64,000 nt of DNA. Source: Lingula anatina (Eukaryota; Animalia; Brachiopoda). How positions within the stretch are numbered: the stretch's first letter is position 1; each line of letters begins with the position of its first letter. The position numbers and the translations under genes were made by a program. The notes beneath the pieces were generated by a model. That model worked only from the letters and a program-made list of their open reading frames with translations. It was not told the DNA's origin and made no database searches. This document shows, one piece after another, positions 27,211 through 39,914 of the stretch. Location of the stretch: the NCBI GenBank assembly GCA_051362555.1, contig CM120640.1, positions 4,774,001 through 4,838,000 on the forward strand, given 5' to 3'.

Positions 27211-30200
27211 TTAAGAGGTTCTAAGCTGGTAGTCTCCATTCTGTGTGATGTACCGTACCCATGGCAGAGCCTGGTAGCCACTCTTTTCTATGATCTTTAA
27301 GTAACGGACCTGAAATGTACAAGTCTCATCAATTATGTCAAAATAAAACGAGAAACTTCATGTTCTGCCATCTGTAAACATTACACAAAATATAAAATTA
27401 TTACAAAAAAACCATTTCTGTGTTTGTATGATAATTTGATATTAATTGTAAAATCAAAATCACACAAGATTATTTTTTACAAACCTGTATGCCAGATACA
27501 GTAAAATAAGGGATTTCAAACTTCACACTGATTGGAGGTTTGCCCTCAGAATCTTCAGACTCCACACTGGGAAGGCCAAAATGTGCCCTCATCAAATACT
27601 CCTTTCCACCCTGAACAGTAAAAAATATAAGGATGCTGAGATACAAATCTATAAAATCTAATAAATTGTTCCATTTGTTTGATGTATATACATAGACATT
27701 TCAATGAAAAGAGAACAAGGAAGACGAGAAAAGCCTTAAATGCACTTTACTCTCTTATAATTAAAATAACCAATAATAATCTAAATGTGTACTGAAGTTT
27801 CAGTCTGAAACACACACACAAAAAAAGTAGACTTACAGGGAATGATTTAATAGTCCAAACTACTGAAGAAGTTTCTGGAACATATTTACAACTACCAGTG
27901 GTTGTCTTAAACTTTGGAGAGTCAGCATCTGCAGGAACTGGGATGATAATCTCCACATTGTTGGCTGTGGATCTCCTCTTGAACTGACTCTTGGCCTATG
28001 AAAGATATGGAACACCTGAGCATAACACTTCACAATCTCATATTCTTACAGGACACAACTGTTGATCTCACAATAAAGCTGCTACACTAATGCTTTTTGT
28101 TGCCTAGTGCATAATCAAATATCTGAAAGATTTCAACCTCAGCAAATCATGGTACAATTGCTACTTTAGAAAGCACTTCATGTCCACAAGCTTTTAATAC
28201 TAACCTTGATCATGTACTCCACCCTGCTGTGTGCATGTCGCTCTATCACAGACTCCACCCAAATCAATGGTTTCACCTGGAAGAACATGAAATCACCATT
28301 TACACTGTACCTCTCATCTTTGTAGTGCATATTTTTGTCAATAAATACAAAATTTAATCTTAAAACAATGCCAGTCACTCATTTAAGTGCATTAAACCTC
28401 GATTTTAATGTTCTTCAAAAGCACTCAATACTGGAAATATACATATAGCAGCAACTTACATGTGTGTTGAGTCTGTAGGACATTAACTCAAATTCTCCAT
28501 CAGGTGGGATAAAACTAATGGTGCGATCATTTTCAAACCTTGACAGTCTGACACACTGGTGAAATTTGACATCTTCCAGCTCAACAGACTTACTTTTACC
28601 TCCTGAGAATATAAAAATTCCATTGTATACACCAAGGATTTATCAGGAATATCTTACCCAAAACTAGAAAATAATGCACAAGAAAATGTAGCACTAACTG
28701 GAAACATTTTATATGTAATTGATATAATTTATAATTCAAAAAAGTCAAAGGTACTTTTTCATCACTTACTTCCTGTACTTTCAAAGAGCACCTTGTCATT
28801 CAGTCCTAGCCTAAGTTCTGGCATCCCAGAAAGGAAAACGCGCATCTTGATTGCACCCACTATTTCACTTCGTAATACATTTCCATTGGCACTCACCTTG
28901 TAATGGAATACAATCATGATTAATAATGTAACATTCTCTGAAACTCAAAGAAAATGTAAAAACACTTTTTAAAAGATGGAAAGGAAATGAAGCTGCATTA
29001 TTTTCTGCAATAAACAACTGAAGTCAACAAAATTTATGTTCAGATAAACCAGCAGATGCCTTTTCTTACCAGCAAGTTAACAGACTCTATGACATCAAGG
29101 AAAACTTCATTTTTTCTGTATTTGATCCCTTCTGATCTCCAGGACACTGCATTTGTTACTGCCATGGGAGGACGTGGAGCAACCTCCAGCTTATGTCCTT
29201 CTTGGGTTATATACCTGGAAGTTAACAAGGATGTACACTAGAATACTATATCCTTAACATACACATATAGATCAAAAGCTTTTATGTCATAAACTAAGTA
29301 TAATCTTATCACTCACATGAAATATTTCCACATCCCATCAGCCATCGAAAAAGTCTCAATGTCACTTTGAGACTGATGAAGCTGGCCTGAGGGCATGTGG
29401 GAATATTTCTCACAATGATAAATTAATACTTAATTTGTGACAAAAGAGCTTTTGATTGCTCTCATCTACCAAACTGATGAAACTCTTTTAAACAGAGACA
29501 CAAATCTGGCAGACCAACAAATTTCATGGTGAAAATAACTTATAGATAAAAATAATACAATCAAGTAAGTGATTAAATATATATAATCTAGTTTTCAATA
29601 GCATCTTCCAGTTTTAATAGAACAAATAGAAGAAGAAAGCAATAGATTAAAGTCAGTGTATACACTCTTATATTGACTTACTCTTGTAGAATCTTGCTGT
29701 CTGTTGTTTGTGGGTATCCGAAATCCATCAGTTCATCCACTAATTCATAAACAATGACAAAGTTATCCCTTATACTTTCTTCTTCTAACTCTTTGAAGTA
29801 TTCTGTGAAAACCTAGAAACATACAAGAAGATTAGGTAAAATCAAAGAAAACTGTGATTTACATTCTGTCCAATCTAAATATAGCTGCCTTATGTTGCTC
29901 ATAAATTAGTAATTGTTTTTGGTGATAATAAATTAATAAGGATTGACTATCTAAAAAGAACGTAAAAAATGACTAGGAAAATAAAAGTATCCAACATATG
30001 GCAATTTTTCATCAAAAACTTTTACATTAAAAAAAGAAAAGTGCACAGCTTTGGCAGCAGATTCAGCACATTTAAATGATGACTATGTTTTCAGACTACT
30101 GTCTGTGAATAAAAAATAATACTTACTGAAACAATTTTATGTAAAAAAGAAAACACCAATGCCACATTGGCATTTTTCTTGGACAATGCCACTACTTTTT

Positions 30201-30879
30201 ATGTGATTAAGGAAAAACAACATGATGACAAATGAGCAAAACGACTTAGACTAACTGACATTATAGCATGGATTATATCCTATTAAGCAGGAACAAAATG
30301 AACAGCTGACTTGATGATGACTTTTCAGCACATGTGTGAAAATTTTATTTGATATTTATCCTGTAATCAAAGGTCAATCCATAATCCAAAGTCAAAGTCA
30401 ACTTAAATATTGTTACGAACAGAGCAAAGCTTGGATAAATAAATTACTAGTAGACTGACAGTCTTGGCCTTCTTCATAAGTCATGGGGATTTAAAGGATA
30501 CTGTACAGATTGTTGCACTTGATGTACATATAAGCCGCATTCCCATGGATAAGGATTGGTGTCGTACTGCCATCCTCTTCTATATCCATCAACAATGTCA
30601 TAAACTTGTCTATCACATTACTATCAAATTCCCCTCTGTAATTCCTCGAGATCATTACCTGATAATAAATCATACTTAGGGCTTACTTCAACTGAGCACA
30701 ATATTGTGACAAGGCAATTATACCCATAAATAAAAACATGCAAGAATATATTTTAGAAGACTGACATAAAGAGATCTCTTTACAGTTTTAATAAAATCTA
30801 CTTTCATGGTCAACTTATAAGAGTATTGCCAACTTACCTTCCCCTTGGCATCTAAGATGTATAGTGCTGACACTGACAT
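27211..30879 (-). CDS. AP1M1: AP-1 adaptor complex subunit mu-1
   Basis: [14 protein letters not shown]|[12 protein letters not shown]...; [31 protein letters not shown]; [29 protein letters not shown]; [32 protein letters not shown]; [20 protein letters not shown]; [22 protein letters not shown]. About 11 coding exons. Confidence 0.97.
30195..30501 (-). other. U12-type GT-AG intron in AP1M1
   Basis: Donor GTATCCTTTA; branch TTCCTTAAT (30206-30214) close to the AG; restores the frame [13 protein letters not shown]. Confidence 0.92.
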
Positions 30880-31349
30880 CTTTATTGATTTTTCAAACTA
30901 ATTTTTCAACCTTGGAAGAAAAAATAAAATTACTAACATATCATAATGAAATAACTTTAAACACTATGACATGTACAAATAACTACTAACACTGGTATAA
31001 AAACATCAAACATATTTATATTTCAATTATCATTATTAGCAAAAAGAGACCTTAAACAAAACCATTTACAAATTATGTACTGGTCACAATGGTAATCTAT
31101 CACAGCAAATGTATATTAAATCAATCTGAAACATATAAGCAACAAGATAATTCTGACATCGGCACAGTACTGTGAGTACTCCTCCCCCATTCAGTCCCTT
31201 CAACTTTGCGAAGACAGTATACCAATGAGGTTTCCAAGACTTTGTTAACAAATACACATATGCAGTCGATTAGACACATTAACCAAGTGGAAACATAATT
31301 GGTAGAGATATAAAACAGCATTAGAATGTAAAAAATTGTATCGAACGTA

Positions 31350-31647
31350 CCTTGTTTTTTAATTAAACGTTCTGCTGTTACCAGAAAGCCGAAGCCGGAA
31401 GAAGTCACGATAGAACACCTGCCTTCCCACAATGCTTAGAGCAAAGCTGACTTCCGGAGTAGATTCATTTTGTACTCTATTGGTAAGAAATACGCCATTT
31501 CAAATAAATGTTTTACTTTTAAAATATCTGATTTGAATGTATAAACTGCATATCTTCTCGCTTCCTTTGCTGAAGTTGACAAAGACATTTTTTATAATTA
31601 CACTTGCGGTGTTGGCACTGACGTCATCACAACATTGTCATTGAGAA
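31350..31647. promoter_or_regulatory. Bidirectional promoter AP1M1/BET1L
   Basis: ETS sites (CCGGAAG near 31395, ACTTCCGG near 31450), ZNF143/Staf-like TTCCCACAATGC 31424-31435, CRE TGACGTCA 31619-31626, AP1M1 5' UTR donor near 31350. Confidence 0.7.
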
Positions 31648-33171
31648 ATGGCAGACTGGACGAGAAGAAATGGAAATGGCCTTGGCAAAGGTAATTACAC
31701 TGAGTTCATTATGTAAAGTCAGATGTAACACGTCTCTGTCAGTTGATCACAAAAGGTATTTTTGTTGCCTTTGCACGTTTTAAGTGGTCTTGCATGGGAG
31801 TACTGTGAACATCTACTCAGCTAATGTTTGTACTTTCATTCTTTCTGACATGAATAAATTCATTGTATTGTATTGTATTGTACTATCACCTAATATATAC
31901 AGTCGTATTGTGATTCCAATTTTACTTAACTTTGATTGACAGAGCATTGAAGCTTTGAAGTGATAGAGTGAAATTAAAGATACTGATATTTTATTTTTGC
32001 ATATTTAAGGCCAATCAGAAGAAATACTGGACAGAGAAAATCAGCAAATGACTGAAAACCTATCCAGGAAAATGAACAGGCTTAAAAACGTAAGGTCATG
32101 TACTGAAGTCCACACACAACGATTCTAATCAAGCTCTGTAACGACTTAAAACTTAGCACACAGATAGCTACATACCTTAGTATGAATAAACCGTCAATAT
32201 TTTTATATAATTACCTGTATTTGGTCTTACTGGCCTTTGCTGATTTTTAAGAAAATTTTAGTTAAGAAAATTTTGTCCTTAGAAAATTTCCCTTTTAACC
32301 TTTCTTAGATAGTCAAAACATTGACCATGTGGTAGTACCAGCTATATTTAGTCATGTGTCAACACTAGGTCAGTTCCCAATGCAGTAGTTATGAAGCAGC
32401 ATGCTGTGTAAAGAGTGGTAGAAATCTGATACTCTGGGGACACTCTTTATGGCTGTTTGTGTTAACAAAGAACTTGCTCCATCTATTACCATCTTTGCTC
32501 CCTACAACTTCTATACAACTACTGAGATAGTCAGAAACATGACATGAGCAAATAGTGTTTTAAATATATTTTCGGAAAGGTTTCCCAAAACCCCATTGCA
32601 GAGATTAAATAACGTACCAGCAACTTATACTAGTAGTTATTCAAACTAACAGGTGCATTTTACTTTAAACAGGTAGCCTTTGACATGCAGACAGAGGCAG
32701 AGGACCAGAATAGATACCTGGATGGGATGGTAAGTGAGCCATTTGATGACTTAATTATATCTTAATTATATTTTATATTTTTGTGTATACGTGTAGCTAA
32801 TATGCACTCACTCAAATCCTGAAATATAACACCAGGTTTCACCTCTTGTCATATATAAAGAACATACTTGTAGGTCACCGTTTTCTATGATGATTTAATG
32901 CATTTTTGAAAATGTTACTTCTTTCTCAAAGTAAATCCTGAGTAAATAAAAAGAAAAAAAAAACACTCAAGTTTACATCCTACATTATCTTTCACTTCAG
33001 GGCAGTGATTTTGAGAGCTCCCAAGGACTTTTATCTGGCAGCATGAACAGGATAAACCACATGATAGGTGCCAACAAATCAAACAGAAAAATTATGTGCT
33101 ACATTGTACTGTTTTTGGTGATCATATTCTTTGTGGTTTACTTCCTGGTCACTCGTTCATCTGGCTCCTGA
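31648..33171 (+). CDS. BET1L: BET1-like Golgi Qc-SNARE (GS15)
   Basis: Four exons (approx. 31648-31690, 32010-32089, 32673-32729, 33001-33171): MADWTRRNGNGLGKGQSEEILDRENQQMTENLSRKMNRLKNVAFDMQTEAEDQNRYLDGMGSDF...NRKIMCYIVLFLVIIFFVVYFLVTRSSGS*. C-terminal TM. Confidence 0.95.
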
Positions 33172-34391
33172 CAACCAATACCCAGCCAGGGGTCCAATTC
33201 TACTACACCCCAAGTTTGATAAGGAACTTAGGAATTGCATGGTCCATATCACTTTCCTGCCACAGGTGGTGGTTCTTTTGGTTTAGAATGCAGAGATCTT
33301 TCCCTTCACATATTTGGCATTCCAAACCTGCTTTGTTACACTGACCAGACGGTGGGAATCTGTATTGTGTTTTTATTAATACTGTGCTAGTCAATGGATG
33401 GATGGATTTTGTGGCCCTCCCCATGTGCCATACATGTGTTAAACCAAAATATGAATTACAGGGTATTTGTACCCAAGGCGTAGTTTTAGCTCTATGTCAG
33501 ACTGTTTTATGTATATTTGTAAATAACTGTGTAAATGATATTTGGAAAAAAAAAACTGACATGTGGCAGTTGAATAAAATATTTTTGAAATATTGATTTA
33601 ATTTCCATCAGTTGTAAGGTCTGGAACCAAAATGTTTTTTAAAACAATATTTTTATAGAGTTAAATATTGGCATTGAATAAAATGTAGTGTCCTTCCGCT
33701 CCCAAAACATAATAGGTTAAGTGATAAAGCTTTGTTAAATTAGCTAACAATATCTTTATCAATTAAAAGGTGTACATATTATGTTACAAATTGATAAGTG
33801 ATCTGTTTTATTATAAAGACTCATTGATTGTTTATGCACAAAATTCTGGCATTCTAGAAGTGATTTTGAAAAGATTATACGTAATCCTACAAAAAGATAT
33901 CCCAATATTTAAGATACAAAATGAAACATCCTTGCATTGATTCAGTTATATTCCTATTCTTCTTACATTTCTTAATAGAAAGATGTATTTAATTTCTGAA
34001 TGCTTTGACATATACCTAAGATTTTTGGACCAGAGCTTGTTTAGTCAAAGGAATTTACAAGTACAACTAAGATGAAAGCAAAAAAAGAAAAGAATTTGCA
34101 TTACAAGATTCCCTTAGTTACATTTGAAATTGTAAAGAACATGTTGACCAAAGTACTTAACTTCTGTAACTAGTTTAGTTTCTGTGTTAACCTGGTAAAA
34201 CTGGTTACATTTGCTTATGGTCTTAAGTTTTATCACTAAGCAAAATAAAAGAGAACAATTTTTAAAAAGTTAATCAGACGTGTGTTCAAACTCGATAGGA
34301 TGTATTTTTCAAAAGGTATTGTACATGGCATAGTAGTCCTCAGTTTGTTGGGGTACGTCCTTCCTACATGTGAGTTTCTGAAGCACTTCAA

Positions 34392-34880
34392 TTAGTAATA
34401 CCTGTGGATATACAGTAAGTGCGGTAAGTAAACCGTACCCTGCATCATAGCATCACTTAGGTACTTGAAGTGTGAGCTGCATGGTCCATTAACATGGTTC
34501 CTTTTATCTTGGGGGCCCTCGAGTAATCTGCGCAAGCTTTTAAATGAACACGTAGTTTTACTGAAGATTGGCATCACTACTTCCATGCTGAATTTGCGAG
34601 GTGGAGAAGGGGGGGGGGCAAGTCGTGGCATTTTCTTTAGAACATCCTCTGTGTGAGCGTTCAGCAAGTAGCTCTGAGCCTGCCATAATTTGCCATTACT
34701 CATAAGTGTCAGGCCTTGGAAGCAGTGGATATATAGTTAAAGGTCAAGTTTGATAGCTATCTGTGTACCCAACTTTCCAGACATATAGGTAAACTTGCCA
34801 AAATGGGCAGAAAGTCAATAGATAGTATCACCGGTGAGACATGGCACTGAATACTGAAGTCGAACCTACGATGACATCTG
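34392..34880 (-). pseudogene. Possible decayed coding fragment, weakly Mab-21/cGAS-like
   Basis: 103-aa ORF ending FKYLSDAMMQGTVYLPHLL, plus an upstream out-of-frame SIDFLPIL. The resemblance is by eye only. Confidence 0.2.
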
Positions 34881-35997
34881 GATATGCCTTTTGACGTCAC
34901 TGGTATGTCATTAATAAACTGTGACGTTTTGCTTTATTCTAGTGAGGTGGTCAGAGTCGACTGAAGGACTCGATAGTGATGCTTTCTAATTGGGAAACTC
35001 TTGTGCGGAAATTAGCCCCTGGTGAGATTTATGTGAACCGACCACTCCACCAAAGGTTATTTGGATTTAACTATATAAAAACACCTGTGCCTGATGAACA
35101 GGTTAACCTTTAGAGCTCATTAGGTTCTTTGGGATTACTCTCAATTTTGTGCTTAACACCTACCAACGCGAATTGATGTTTTAATGCACTATAGAATATT
35201 TTGATTGGAATGCATATCATTTAAATATCAAAACGCGGTGAAAATGTGTTCATGAATATCAATGAAGTTCATTCCATTTTTGTCAGCACATTGCTTTATC
35301 GATATATATATATATTGATATAAATCTGGATTATGATCAATTCATATATATTAAGAAACAAGTTAAATGTTGTGAGCAGTAAATGACCCAAAAAAGTATT
35401 CTACGTAATAAATAACCCTGTGCAATGATATTCTCCTAGAATTACTCTAAAAACTGCCTGAATGAAACATTAACCCAGTTTCTGACATTTGGAAGCAGTA
35501 GAAATATTCCCGCCATGTGCAAAATAACGTGCAGTTTTCCAGAGAACACAGATACATCAGAGCTTCACAATTTGACACATTGTGGCAGAGAACAGAGTTC
35601 GCAGTAATCATAAAGTTTGTGAAGAAACGGTGCAAGGCCCAACTGAGGTGTTTTTAATCAATATGCCATCACACCGGAATGTTGGTCAGTGCACAAATTG
35701 CTCAATGAAAAAAAAAAAAAAAGATTAGTTGGTGTCGACGATAAACACTTACTTTGGTGAAATATAAAAAAACTAATCTTGGGGTCCAATAAGAACATTT
35801 ATTTCCAATTAACTTTGATTAAGGATATTACAAAAATGGACGATGGAATATTTATTTCTCAGTGCTGGCTCGAAGAGATGAAAGAATATAATATTAATCC
35901 ATCACGTTCCTTTAAAAACAAGTAAAACATCAAAGTTGTTATTCCGCATCTTTTAAAAAAAGTGCGAATGTAAGTAGGAGGCCATGAGATCAGACTT

Positions 35998-36830
35998 TCA
36001 CTCACTACCCTTTACGACAATACAATCATCATAGGCCAAAAGTCCAATGATCTGGTCACCGTTTTCTCCGCCCAAGTGGAGTCCGATGTTTCCCACGCCT
36101 TTCAATGGATCGTTCTTTCCTGACGCCCCTAGTAGCCATACATTTTTGGAGTCCCCTTCCATGTCCGCAACTCCGTATTGCCATTTGCCATTTCCAAGAT
36201 CTTTGCGGCCCATTATATGGAATTTTTGCCAACCTGGAAATCAAGCGCAGGTATAACATTGGCGCCAAGGGATGAAAGGAAGCGAGGTGGGAATTTACTG
36301 CTTCTGACTCAGGTAGCAAAGTCAGTGGTCAATACATGAACGTAAAGCAGTATTTTTTCGACGGGAAACACTACGCAGTTTCTACGAGAGATCACTGCCG
36401 GTGCTTGCAAATGAGTGTTCTAACTTAGGTTGAAATTAGATTATCAAGTGAGAAATAATTTGAAATCGTATTTGTTCGAAGTGTAACTGAAATACTGTTT
36501 TGCAAACAGGGAGTTTTTTCTTTCTTTTTTTTTCTACAAGCGGAGTTAATCTTTTCAGTGCAGTTTCATAGGTCCAATATAACATTGAAAACTTAATTGG
36601 AAATAATAACTTCGTCCCAAACGTGAAATAAATACAAAAGTTTGTTCGCTTACCATTATCATTGTTATAATCATTACATGATTATCAAAAAAGAAAAAGA
36701 TTCATTGCCATTAAAGTTCATTGCGGGACGAGATCATATAATATTATGTCTTACCAGACGGATGGTCCGTGCTGTGGATTTCAGGCCTGTTCTCCCATAC
36801 TGAATCGTCGAAATGAAACATCAAATCCAT
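35998..36830 (-). CDS. Uncharacterised 103-aa protein (2 coding exons, probable 5' UTR exon near 37093-37240)
   Basis: Exons 36755-36830 and 35998-36233 join in phase 1 via GTAAG...CAG: MDLMFHFDDSVWENRPEIHSTDHPSGWQKFHIMGRKDLGNGKWQYGVADMEGDSKNVWLLGASGKNDPLKGVGNIGLHLGGENGDQIIGLLAYDDCIVVKGSE*. AATAAA downstream. Confidence 0.75.
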
Positions 36831-38439
36831 GACACCGGCTTAGTTAGACAACTTCGCAGAAACCTGCAAGTAAAAATGCAGTGAAAACAACAAGCAAATC
36901 GCGATTTGACTCTTATTCGATTAACATCTGTTTGCGGAAGGAATTTTGACATCAATTCAAGAAGAAAACGTTGCCCTCTCACACGGATAAACAATGATAA
37001 CGACTTTTACCGAACGTTAAAATGAGACTTTTTCTGCGTTATTGTTGATTATAAAAAATAGAACAAAAAATCACGGCGAAAGTAATAACTTACTTTTCTG
37101 AAACCTGCACTTCACAAGATTCACAACGAAATCTTTAACGTTATTCCACCGTTTTCCAGGTAAGTTTCTGTGAGGAGGCGTTGCCTGCAAATGCCGAATC
37201 CACGAGGTAGCTGCTCAGTGTGTGACCGGGGTCGGCACTACCTTAAAATGTTCACCTTTATGTACTTGCTCAATGCGGCATGAATTCTTTACTGGAGCCG
37301 TTGTTAAAATACAGGTCGAACGAGGAAACGGGCTTGTTATCGAGAAACTCATGCCAAAGCAAATATTTTTGGATTAGTTTTGAAGGCGTTGGCAGGGAAA
37401 TCACGTTTTAGAATTTATTCAAATGCTCCAGCCGTGAATCGTCAACAAACAGGTAGTAAAGAAAATTTAAAAAGTGGTCAGAATCACCCACTTAATACAA
37501 GAACGTTTACAAAAACGATTTGTCCTTTTTTTGATGAAAGAGTTGAAAATGTGGAAAATTTTGAGCGAAGATAATTTCAAAACCCGCAGAACTACAACAA
37601 CACGGCTAGTCTTTAAAACCCGAAGTGCCCCACCTGGGGAAATATGATGAATAAACCAAGGGAGCGCAGGCAGTCGAAATCAACAAAACCATCAGTTGAA
37701 AAGGTTCAGGTACTTGAGAATATTTAGAAACAGAAATTATGAACTTACCGGTAGTCCTTGCATTCATGACATATGAATTATCTTTGCATGGTAGATGAAA
37801 AAAGAATAATAAAAAAGATACATAGACAAAAATGTTAGGTCTTGTTAGATTGTTTCAATGTACTTTATTGCAATTTAATATGTCACTTTGTATTCAGTCT
37901 TTCGAGAAGATATTGAATACTAAAACTGTAATAGCTGCGTGCTGGCTTTGTTTACTATTGGCTAGAAACCTCCAAGTAAATAAAAACAGCAAACTTATCT
38001 ATTAGTGTGAACATTAACCATAAACTTCTGAGAGATACGAAAAGAGATTTTATGTGCAACTGGTGGTGTAGGTACAAGTAAAATGCCAAGTGCCTGGTAG
38101 CTCACCCATATCGACTCCACTACAATATTGTTTTTCACGTTTTCGAGAAGTCACCCACATGCCAATATACATATTCTTCAAGGGCATACAAGGACGACCG
38201 ATGTTCTAGGCAGTTCTGCGAGTTTTTTTTCATAACTGAAAATATGATGAATTTAAACCAATGTGTACTGGTCATGACAGAGTGTCCATGTTTAAAAGTA
38301 CAAACCATATCACTATTCCCAGAGATTTGTTGTATCTTGCTGCTTTATTTAAGTAAATGTTTGCTGGTCTGGGTGGAGTGCTGAACATATCTAAAACACA
38401 GATCCATCCCGTTCGTGCCGTGTTTTATGAGTTATCAGT

Positions 38440-38625
38440 TCAGGCACTTGCTGCCTTTTTTTCGGTGTATTTCCCGGGTTAGCAGACAGAGTGTTTAGTG
38501 TGGCAATAAAACTTAGATCTTCCTTCAACGTGATCTGGATGGAACTAACAGCTTTCTTCTTAAGGCAACACTGAATCCTGTGCAAGGAACTCCTAGTATA
38601 TCATATAGGTCGAGTAGATTCTTGA
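38440..38625 (-). pseudogene. Possible decayed DnaJ (J-domain) fragment
   Basis: DLYDILGVP...RRKLL, then after a frameshift FHPD (38533-38541); stops and indels present. Confidence 0.35.
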
Positions 38626-39914
38626 TGATTTTACAGGTCGTACTTCGGTACGTTTTGCAGGGTGAACATGTACATGTATACAGACAAACACATACGGTCT
38701 GATATTTTAAAATAATTACTTTATTAGATTCTAAGACAAATGTACCCGATTCATTGTAATAACCGTTAGTTTTTTAAAGCAAACTATATAACCAGCACAA
38801 TCTCTATTGACAAACAAATTTTTCTTAGATCTGAACTTGAAAGCCTGCCTTGGAGATTGAGATTTCCTCTTCAAAATAAATTCTTGTGACCTACAAGTAA
38901 TTTCAGGCAGTCATTTAAACATTTTGCAATTAATAAAAAAGTCATTTTTATCATCAAAAACGTTTATTTTATATTTAACTAAAGCTAATTCTCCATCTAA
39001 AATATATTTTCATCAAACGTTTGAGAGAGAAGAGTTGTCTATAACACTAACACACTCTGGACAGTTTATGGCTTGAAAGCAACAGTTCAAACAACAAGGC
39101 ACCATCTCCCCACAGCATGCTGTGTAATTAAACCACTCAAAGCGGACTGGAAAATAATTCTACCACCATGGTGCCACTTAGGTGCCAGTGGGAAGGATAT
39201 AAATTCGCCAAACTTTCCTTACCGACAAGTCAAAGTCGACAACAGATCACATTCTTACAAGTAAGGATGGGCAAATGAGTGAAATTCTATTGGATTATTT
39301 TGGGGGATAGCAATTTGCTCCATTCAATAAAGGCATAAAACATTTTAAGTAATCCCAATTCCTGGAACCTATGTTGATAGTTATTTAAAACATACAGACT
39401 GCAAAACTATCTTATGTGAATACTTCCAAATCGGTTGTTTCTCTTAGAATGGGATATATATGTTCTGTTTCGAATATATGAAGCTGAGGGCATAATTAAA
39501 AAGAAGTACCTCCTGTTATACCAGGTAACACTTTGTGCACAATCAGCTCAATATCTGTACATCTGCTGTACTCTGCACCTGAACAAAATTACAGGTATAG
39601 TGTTCTCTTGCTGACCTAGTTAACCCTACTCTGTCATTATGGCACCACACAAAACTAGTGATGAAAGTTTTGTTTATTCTATTTATCTGTTACTGTGTTA
39701 CTGTACACTGGTCTCTTTTCACCTTCATACATAACTATAATGTTTTGGTCTTGTTTGTGATGCACTTCCAGAATGACATGGTGCCAAAAATATGAACTTC
39801 ACGTCACTTCATTTCAAACAAGAAGAATGTACGGCAAAGGGCAGCCTTTATGACATCTCATGAGTGTTATGTACAGTAAGTGTCAATAAGCTGAAAATCC
39901 AGCAAAAGCTGCAT

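Noticed and set aside
29246-29258. ATATCCTTAAC as an AT-AC minor intron signal
   Set aside because: It is on the strand opposite AP1M1, whose intron here has canonical sites
30221-30260. TGATGA...CTGA box C/D-like pair
   Set aside because: Antisense to the host gene, too short, and no terminal stem
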